Shown here: piece by piece, positions 23,980-30,510 of the stretch
How the letters are laid out: each line of letters begins with the position of its first letter
Numbering within the stretch: the first letter of the stretch is position 1
From: Parcubacteria group bacterium
Lineage (GTDB): Bacteria; Patescibacteriota; JACQLU01
Assembly: GCA_016203935.1 (NCBI GenBank)
Contig: JACQLU010000005.1
Span: 1-44,831, forward strand
Length of the DNA: 44,831 bases
Direction: 5' to 3'
The notes under the pieces: generated by a model
Databases searched by the model: none
The model's input: the letters and a program-made list of their open reading frames with translations, nothing else
What the model was told of the DNA's origin: nothing
Program-made: the position numbers and the translations under genes

Positions 23980-25191
23980 TCAATAACTCGGGCCTAAAAG
24001 GTGCTGGTAGAGAGTGATGACACTACGGGCGGAGTCTTGCCAAGAGCATCGTGCGGCGTCACGCTTCCCCTCGTCAATAAGCACCTCCCTAAGTACGGGA
24101 TACGAAAGTGCCGCCAAAATTTGATTTGCCATCTCTTCGATATCCCAAAAATCAACTTTCAAGGCGTGGGGAAGCACTTCCCCGACCCCCGCCTGCTTCG
24201 AAATAAGGACCGGCGTGCCGTACGAAAGCGCTTCCAAAGGGGTGATACCGAAAGGCTCGGAGACTGAAGGCATTACAAAAAGGTCGGCCGAACGATATAC
24301 CTCTCCCAATTCCTCATCGCGCAAAAATCCTAAGAAGAGCACCCTGTCGGCGATACCAAGGTAAGCTGCCTCCTCCATAATCTGACGCTCCATGTCACCA
24401 GCGCCAGCCATCAGGAAAAGGATCGAGCGATCGTACGTAAGTACGCGCTTGGCGGCCCTTAGGAAATAATCAGGACCTTTTTGGAGCGTAAGACGACCCA
24501 CAAAGAGGACTATCTTTGTTCCCTCATTTTTGAGAGCGAGGAATCCCGAGGGAGCGCAACGGCGCTCATCATGCTCTACCGCATTATGAATGACAGAAAT
24601 CTTAGTGGGATTAACGCCATAGTGATCAACGACCATTTGCTTGGTAAAGGTACTCACCGTCACTACGCGGTCAGCCGCGTGTAATCCTTCGCGCTCCTTC
24701 TCATACACATACTGATTGATGGTATTGCCGCCGGTGCGATCAAATTCGGTCGCGTGCACATGCACGACCAGCGGTTTGCCGCTTACCTCTTTCGCGGCGA
24801 GGCCCGCGCCGAACGAAAGCCAATCGTGGGCATGAATCACGTCAAAATCCTCTCGCCGCGCGATCTCTTCGGCAAGCCTCGCATACCGGTGCACCTCGGC
24901 AAAAAGTCCCGTGCCATAGAGAGACGAACCGTGCCTGCGCCGGGCCTCTTCATAACCATGCGAGGTGATATAGGGCGTAAGGAGGAGGTCAAGATTTTTC
25001 ACGGTCACCTTCGCCTCCTGATCGGCGAAGAGGAAACGCATGGAAGAGGATGAAACCGGAAGTTTTCTGGGAAGAACGAAAAGAACCTCGACTCCTTCTT
25101 GGGCGAGTGCCTTGGTAAGTCCCAAACAGGCAACGCCAAGACCTCCGCTATTAAAAGGAGGAAATTCCCAGCCGAACATCAAGACGCGCAT
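23980..25191 (-). CDS. GT4/GT5 glycosyltransferase (glycogen synthase-like)
   Basis: MRVLMFGWEFPPFNSGGLGVA N-terminus, and a C-terminal E-x7-E-like region PSVSEPFGITPLEALSYGTPV. Confidence 0.8.
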   Translation of the reverse strand: MRVLMFGWEFPPFNSGGLGVACLGLTKALAQEGVEVLFVLPRKLPVSSSSMRFLFADQEAKVTVKNLDLLLTPYITSHGYEEARRRHGSSLYGTGLFAEVHRYARLAEEIARREDFDVIHAHDWLSFGAGLAAKEVSGKPLVVHVHATEFDRTGGNTINQYVYEKEREGLHAADRVVTVSTFTKQMVVDHYGVNPTKISVIHNAVEHDERRCAPSGFLALKNEGTKIVLFVGRLTLQKGPDYFLRAAKRVLTYDRSILFLMAGAGDMERQIMEEAAYLGIADRVLFLGFLRDEELGEVYRSADLFVMPSVSEPFGITPLEALSYGTPVLISKQAGVGEVLPHALKVDFWDIEEMANQILAALSYPVLREVLIDEGKRDAARCSWQDSARSVITLYQHLLGPSY

Positions 25192-25203
25192 GACTTAGCC
25201 TAA

Positions 25204-25296
25204 ATTCAAAATTCAAAAGTCAAAGGTCAAAAGTAGAGAAGTCGCCGGAGGCGACACATTACTTTTGCATTTTGAACTTTGCCTTTTGACTTTGAA
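25204..25296 (-). terminator. long AT-rich symmetric hairpin with GC core (terminator of the zwf-gnd unit)
   Basis: Core GTCGCC-GGA-GGCGAC (25241-25255). It is flanked by AAAAGTA/TACTTTT and by imperfect arms built from CAAAAG/CTTTTG-like units. Confidence 0.5.
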
Positions 25297-25304
25297 AATA
25301 ATCT

Positions 25305-26225
25305 CTACTTTATCGAGTGTCCTCCAAACTGATTTCGTAGCGCGGAGAGAATTTTTCCCGTGTAACTTGGATTCTTCTCCGAAGCTACTCGAAACGCAAA
25401 GGCGGCTTCGATAATCGGTGCAGGGATGCCGAGTTTGTGTGCGGTCTTAACTGTCCACTCTCCTTCTCCCGTGTGTGCGACCGATCCCGAAACCTCTCTC
25501 AGTTCCTCGCCATACTCCTTAAAGCCGTCACGGAGCCACCGCGTAAGACTCGATTCGATGACGCTGCCGTGATTATAGATATGAGCGATGTGCGCGAGAT
25601 CAATAAGGCCAAGCTCGGCCGACGCTCCTTTCATAATAGCAAATCCCTCGGCTAATGCCTGCATCATGCCGTACTCAATGCCATTATGCACCATTTTGAC
25701 AAAATGTCCTGCGCCCGAGCCTCCGACATAGCCGAATCCTTGCGCAACCGCAAGGTCATTCCAAAGCGGCATGAGTATCTCGTACGCGTCTCTCTCGCCG
25801 CCGACCATGAGCGAAGCGCCGTTTCTTGCTCCTCCCGGCCCTCCCGAGACGCCGACGTCGAGAAAGTGGATGCCCCGCTCTGCAAGTTTTTGGGCACGCG
25901 CGTGCGAATCCTCGTAAAAGGAGTTTCCGCCGTCGACCACGATATCGCCTTCACGAAGCTCCCCGAGTCCCTCGATAACGTCATCCACCGGTTTACCCGC
26001 GGGCACCATGAGCCACACGATTCGCGGCGACGAAGAGAATTCCGCGAGGAGCCTATTAAGCTCGGCCACGGGGTGGATCGTCTTTGCGGCAATCTCTTTG
26101 GCAACCGCGGGGTTACGGTCAAACGCCAAGACCTTCCAGCCTTTTTCGGCAAGACGCAGCACCATATTCTTACCCATCTTGCCAAGGCCGACATAGCCGA
26201 GTTCTTTTTTGAACGGAGGTGTCAT
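25305..26225 (-). CDS. gnd: 6-phosphogluconate dehydrogenase, short (about 300 aa) decarboxylating form
   Basis: LGYVGLGKMGKNM Rossmann motif, GGNSFYEDS, DVGVSGGPGGARNGASLMVGG, HFVKMVHNGIEYGMMQ. The start is placed at MTPPFKK (26225). Confidence 0.85.
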   Translation of the reverse strand: MTPPFKKELGYVGLGKMGKNMVLRLAEKGWKVLAFDRNPAVAKEIAAKTIHPVAELNRLLAEFSSSPRIVWLMVPAGKPVDDVIEGLGELREGDIVVDGGNSFYEDSHARAQKLAERGIHFLDVGVSGGPGGARNGASLMVGGERDAYEILMPLWNDLAVAQGFGYVGGSGAGHFVKMVHNGIEYGMMQALAEGFAIMKGASAELGLIDLAHIAHIYNHGSVIESSLTRWLRDGFKEYGEELREVSGSVAHTGEGEWTVKTAHKLGIPAPIIEAAFAFRVASEKNPSYTGKILSALRNQFGGHSIK

Positions 26226-26267
26226 AGATGTATGAGATAAAAAATGAAGACGCCGCAAATATGATGG

Positions 26268-27695
26268 TCAGGAAGGGCCGATCGAACCCGGCGCGTAGGC
26301 GGTGAGCGGAACGACATCCTTTTGCCACGCGGTAATGATCGAATCGATAAACTTCCAGCTCGCCATGATCTCTTCGGTGCTCACAAACAGGGTTTGATCA
26401 CCCTCGATCGCATCGAGAATCAGTTTCTCGTAGGCATCGAGGAACGACCCCTCGGGGAACGCGTGTTTGTAATCAAACGCGAGGTCGCGTTCCTCAAGCT
26501 CCAGCTTCACTCCGGGCTTCTTCACCCAGAAGGAGGCCTTAACACTCTCGTGGGGCTGGATTTGATAGCGCAGCACATTCTTATAGTGTTCTCCCGCTTC
26601 CGCGCGGGGACAAAGGCAAGGCGAGGGATGGCTAAAGGTCATCGTGACTTCGACTTTGGCTTCGGCGAGGCGCTTGCCGCCTTCGAGGAAAATGGGAACG
26701 CCTTGCCACTTAGGAAGTGCAAGCGCACCGGTGATGCGAAAGTAGGTCTCGGTTTGGGAGCGCGGGTCAACGCCGGTGATGGAACGGTAGCCCTCGTATT
26801 GGCCGCGCGCGGTTCGCGAAACTGCCTCACTCTCGGTAAGCAGGGAAAGCGCTTTTAACGCTGCCGCCCGTGCCCGCCGAATAGCGACGGCATCGAAACT
26901 TCCCGGGTGTTCCATGGTAAAGAGGGCGAGAAGCTGAAGCACGTGGTTCTGCCCCACGTCTCTAAGCGCCCCGACGCCGTCATAGAATTCGCCGCGGCTC
27001 TCCACCCCCTCGGTTTCGAAGAGTTGAATCGCGATCGACTCGACCGAATCGCGATGCCAGCTATCTTCAAAGAGACGATTGGAAAACCGAAAGACGAGCA
27101 CGTTTTGCGCCGTCTCTTTGCCAAGGTAGTGATCGATGCGGTAGACCTGCTCCTCCCGAAAGAGCTTCCCCAAAAGCGCGTCAAGCTCTTGGGCGCTCTT
27201 TAAATCCTTGCCAAACGGTTTTTCCACGATCACCCTTGTCCAGCCTTCCTTATCGCTACACGGCTTGGTAAGACCAGAATCGGAAAGGCGGGCGAGGATA
27301 TCCGGATAGTAACGCGGCGGCACCGAAAGATGGAAAAGTTTATTCGCACAGGTGCGCCACTCTTTATCAACGAGCCCGAGACGCCGCGCGAGCGACTGAT
27401 AGGCTTCGACCTCTTCGAAACGGCCTGCCTGATAGGCGAAGAGTTGGCTAAACGTGCGCACCTCCTCGGGCTGAGAGCCAGGAAGGCGTGATGCGATTTC
27501 GCTTACCATGCCGCGAAAGGCCTCGTCGGTAAGAAAACTTCGCGAAAATCCCACCACCTGAAAAAGCGGTGGAAGAGCCTTCTTACGAAAGAGATGAAAG
27601 AGCGCGGGGATGAGTTTGCGGGTTGCGAGATCACCCGTAGCCCCGAACATAATGAGTATGGTGGGTTTTCGTTCGTTCGGTCTTTCAAATTCCAT
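26268..27695 (-). CDS. zwf: glucose-6-phosphate dehydrogenase (copy 2)
   Basis: MFGATGDLATRK, RIDHYLGKE, RDVGQNHVLQLLAL. By eye it is only roughly half identical to copy 1. Confidence 0.9.
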   Translation of the reverse strand: MEFERPNERKPTILIMFGATGDLATRKLIPALFHLFRKKALPPLFQVVGFSRSFLTDEAFRGMVSEIASRLPGSQPEEVRTFSQLFAYQAGRFEEVEAYQSLARRLGLVDKEWRTCANKLFHLSVPPRYYPDILARLSDSGLTKPCSDKEGWTRVIVEKPFGKDLKSAQELDALLGKLFREEQVYRIDHYLGKETAQNVLVFRFSNRLFEDSWHRDSVESIAIQLFETEGVESRGEFYDGVGALRDVGQNHVLQLLALFTMEHPGSFDAVAIRRARAAALKALSLLTESEAVSRTARGQYEGYRSITGVDPRSQTETYFRITGALALPKWQGVPIFLEGGKRLAEAKVEVTMTFSHPSPCLCPRAEAGEHYKNVLRYQIQPHESVKASFWVKKPGVKLELEERDLAFDYKHAFPEGSFLDAYEKLILDAIEGDQTLFVSTEEIMASWKFIDSIITAWQKDVVPLTAYAPGSIGPS

Positions 27696-27902
27696 TTAAC
27701 GTGCGAGAAGATGCAGGATATAGCCCGTGACGAGGAACAGGATGCCGAGAATGCCAATCCTCTGTTCCCCTCCCATGGTCTTAAAGACCGCTTCGTCCAC
27801 TTTATGATCTTTCCACACACGACGATGGACCATGAGCGCGGTGTACGCGATCATGATTCCACCGATCGTCTGCAAGGTAATTCCCCAAAAAGCTAAATCC
27901 AT
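27696..27902 (-). CDS. small two-TM membrane protein abutting zwf copy 2
   Basis: 68 aa with two hydrophobic segments (ITLQTIGGIMIAYTALMV, IGILGILFLVTGYILHLL). Its TAA (27696-98) directly abuts the zwf ATG (27695). Confidence 0.5.
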   Translation of the reverse strand: MDLAFWGITLQTIGGIMIAYTALMVHRRVWKDHKVDEAVFKTMGGEQRIGILGILFLVTGYILHLLAR

Positions 27903-28007
27903 GATTTCAACTTATCTTCTTACGATCTGCAAAATGGATCACAGGTGGTGGCCGTTTTCATTATAGATCATCAATCTCTTCTTAAGTAGAGCTACCCTCT
28001 AAAAGCA

Positions 28008-28040
28008 ATTACACCAATTTCACAAAGAAATTGGTGTAAT
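28008..28040 (-). terminator. rho-independent terminator after the Cys/His-rich small ORF
   Basis: Perfect 14-bp stem ATTACACCAATTTC / GAAATTGGTGTAAT with a 5-nt loop. On the minus strand it is followed by TGCTTTTAG. It starts 18 nt after the stop at 28059. Confidence 0.65.
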
Positions 28041-28058
28041 GGAAGCGCTTATAGAGAG

Positions 28059-28217
28059 TTACTTCCCACAGCCGCAATCGCATCCTTCTTTGCCGTGTTC
28101 ATGCCCGCAGGAACTGCAGGTCTTGGGAGCGCTTTCGGTCCCATGAGTGTGTTCGTGCCCCTTGCCTGGTTCGGCACATGCCAAACAAACATTGGCTTTC
28201 TTAGGATCTTGATTCAT
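28059..28217 (-). CDS. Cys/His-rich 52-aa protein (metal-binding candidate; below the ORF-track cutoff)
   Basis: MNQDPKKANVCLACAEPGKGHEHTHGTESAPKTCSSCGHEHGKEGCDCGCGK, with 7 Cys and 5 His. AAAGGTGAT lies 4 nt upstream of the ATG. It has its own terminator. Confidence 0.5.
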   Translation of the reverse strand: MNQDPKKANVCLACAEPGKGHEHTHGTESAPKTCSSCGHEHGKEGCDCGCGK

Positions 28218-28242
28218 AGTGATCACCTTTTAAGATTACTAT

Positions 28243-28380
28243 TTTAGATTCGCCCCTCACATCCCTTCTCAATACTCTCCGCGGGAAACGGATGGACGCT
28301 CATAGGCGCCATGATAGTTTGAATATATTCCGCCCACTAGGGAGAGTATAGAGAAAGGTGTGAAGGACAGCGAATTTAGA
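28243..28380. repeat. 38/40-nt imperfect inverted repeat enclosing 60 nt (candidate structured RNA or MITE-like element)
   Basis: Arm 28243-28280 pairs with arm 28341-28380 for about 33 bp with small bulges, for example GGAGAGTAT/ATACTCTCC and CGAATTTAGA/TTTAGATTCG. The interior holds a 7-bp hairpin (GATGG-A-CGC TCATAG GCGCCAT). Confidence 0.7.
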
Positions 28381-28402
28381 CTCGGCCAATCTAAATCTAC
28401 TG

Positions 28403-28428
28403 GTAGCATAGCTCGCCGCTCTACTTTT
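28403..28428 (+). terminator. possible plus-strand hairpin plus T-tract downstream of the inverted repeat
   Basis: GTAG-cat-AGC TCGCC GCT-CTAC followed by TTTTAT. The stem is bulged, so confidence is low. Confidence 0.3.
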
Positions 28429-28437
28429 ATAAGTAAT

Positions 28438-29250
28438 CTAGCTCACATGACGTTTCTGCATTTTAATAACTACACAAATAGGATAATGATCTGAGGCATA
28501 TTCAGTATCCTGGTTTTTGACGACGTATGCCTTCTCAACCTCGATATCGGGTGAGACGAAGCAGTGGTCGATGCGAATTGCTGACTCTTTATGATGATTG
28601 ATGAGGTCACTCGGCATAGTGAACGTACGAAAACGCTTATCAAAAAACGCATCCCGTAGACCGGAAGACTTCACGAAAGGAATCAATTTCCGTTCCCAAA
28701 GGTTCCCGACCATCTTTTCCGCCTTCCTCCCCGCAAAACGACGGAAACCCGCGATGAGCCTTCTTCGATCATAGTGATCCTCGTCGGAGATAGCGTTCAA
28801 ATCACCGGTAAGCACATAGGGGATTGGTTTAGTGCGTAGGAGAGGAATAATCGCTCGTATCTTGCCGCGCTCACTGATATCAGGATGGGGATGAAAGACG
28901 TCGATATGAAGTGACAGCTTCTTTATGTGTACGATTGCCCGCAGGGCGGTTCGATTGGAAAGAGGAATTCTCTTTCCGGAAATCGGGTAACGCGAAAGCA
29001 CCATATTCCCCCATCCTTTTTCGCCCCACGGCGCAAAATACCCATAGGGGTATCCAAATAATTTCTTGTAATCCATCCGGATGCCAGTATGATTGGGGAT
29101 AGCAAAACAGGCTTCCACCAAGACGAGGAGATCGGGGCGTTCACGTTTGACTACACGCTGCGCGCGCGTGAGGCGCTCCGGCTCAAAGTCGCCGCTCTCA
29201 ATATCATGAAAGCCGTAGAGGATGTTATAGGTCATTACCTTCACGTTCAT
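28438..29250 (-). CDS. endonuclease/exonuclease/phosphatase (EEP) family protein
   Basis: MTYNILYG, LLVLVE, TGDLNA and SDHYPI motifs in canonical EEP order. Confidence 0.8.
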   Translation of the reverse strand: MNVKVMTYNILYGFHDIESGDFEPERLTRAQRVVKRERPDLLVLVEACFAIPNHTGIRMDYKKLFGYPYGYFAPWGEKGWGNMVLSRYPISGKRIPLSNRTALRAIVHIKKLSLHIDVFHPHPDISERGKIRAIIPLLRTKPIPYVLTGDLNAISDEDHYDRRRLIAGFRRFAGRKAEKMVGNLWERKLIPFVKSSGLRDAFFDKRFRTFTMPSDLINHHKESAIRIDHCFVSPDIEVEKAYVVKNQDTEYASDHYPICVVIKMQKRHVS

Positions 29251-29324
29251 ATGCTCTTAAACTAAAAACCGCCTCGCTCCTTACCGAGAGATGGAGGCAT
29301 CGTATCGGAATGGGGTTACGTTCG

Positions 29325-30509
29325 TCAAGTTACCTCGCGCTCAATCGCAAGGAGCCGGTTGTACTTCGTGATTCGCTCTCCACGCGCCGGCGCCCCCAAT
29401 TTAAATCCATCGGCATTCACGGCGCAGGCAAGGTCGCTTACCCAGTCGTCGTTCGTTTCGCCACTGCGATGGGAGACAACCACACGCCAGCCGAACTCAC
29501 GCGCTTTTCGGACCGCATCGAACGTTTCGGTCATGGTCCCAATTTGATTCGGTTTTATCACCATGGCATTGATACTCCCTTGCTTTTGAGCTTCCTCCAT
29601 GCGCGCCACGCTGGTTACGGTAAGGTCGTCGCCGGCGATGAGCGTATTGTGACCCATGTGCTTCATGACCGTCGCGAAGTGGGCAAAATCATTCTCGCCG
29701 TAGGGATCCTCAAGATAGATACACGGAAAGTGCTCCTTTATCGAGGTATAGAGCGAAAGCAACTCGTGGGGAAGAAGGTTAACTTGACTTGCCGCTGCGT
29801 CAAGCCCGAATTCAATCTGATCGGCGAATCCTGCCTGCACGACCGCCTCCTTCATGAAAGTAAACGGTTCCTCCTCATCTTCACCTTGAGGGGTAAATCC
29901 TCCTTCGTCACCTACATTGATAGCCCCCGCGCCCTTTCTCTCTAAGAGTATTGCTTTAAGCTTTTGATACACTGCGAGTACCTGCGGGATTGCCTCTGAA
30001 GGTCGATTCGCAACGGGAATAGCAAGATACTCCTGAAAAGCGAGCCCGCTTCCGGCATGCACCCCGCCGTTCACCATATTGACAAAGAGACGCGGAAACG
30101 CGAGCGGCGCATCTTCGTTCTGCCCGATTTTTTTAAGTCCTTGCCACAGTGGCACTCTGGCAAGGTGACTTGCCAGGCGCGCGTAGGCAAGCGAAATGGC
30201 CAAGGTGGTATTGCCGCCGAGCTTTGCTTTATTGGGGGTGCCATCAAGTGCGATAAGCTTTTTATCAATCTCGGCTTGACCACCCAAGGCGATTTCACCT
30301 CCCGTAAGCGCCGGCTCGATAATCCCTTTGAAAATCCCCATCGCCTTATCAGGCTCTATCGATACCGCCTCGAATGACCCCCGACTCTTGCCTTGTGGCA
30401 CAGACACGGTCGCCATCACCCCATCCGAGGAAGTCATGGTGCACTCAATCGTCCATTCGCCGCGTGAGTCGAGAATTTTCTTGGCCGAAAGGGTAACAAC
30501 GTGTGACAT
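29325..30509 (-). CDS. eno: enolase (phosphopyruvate hydratase), divergent N-terminal loop
   Basis: ILDSRGE, VGDEGGF, GLDAAASQ, LEDP, GDDLTVT, VIKPNQIGT, VSHRSGET, ITKYNRLLAIE. The canonical PSGASTG loop reads PQGKSRG. The start at MSHVV (30509) lies 1 nt after the ppsA stop. Confidence 0.85.
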   Translation of the reverse strand: MSHVVTLSAKKILDSRGEWTIECTMTSSDGVMATVSVPQGKSRGSFEAVSIEPDKAMGIFKGIIEPALTGGEIALGGQAEIDKKLIALDGTPNKAKLGGNTTLAISLAYARLASHLARVPLWQGLKKIGQNEDAPLAFPRLFVNMVNGGVHAGSGLAFQEYLAIPVANRPSEAIPQVLAVYQKLKAILLERKGAGAINVGDEGGFTPQGEDEEEPFTFMKEAVVQAGFADQIEFGLDAAASQVNLLPHELLSLYTSIKEHFPCIYLEDPYGENDFAHFATVMKHMGHNTLIAGDDLTVTSVARMEEAQKQGSINAMVIKPNQIGTMTETFDAVRKAREFGWRVVVSHRSGETNDDWVSDLACAVNADGFKLGAPARGERITKYNRLLAIEREVT

Positions 30510-30510
30510 A

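Noticed and set aside
29251-29324. Possible terminator between enolase and the EEP gene (GCCTCC...GGAGCGAGGC followed by GGTTTTTAG on the minus strand).
   Set aside because: The stem needs an internal bulge and I could not draw a clean hairpin. It is plausible but is not reported as a feature.
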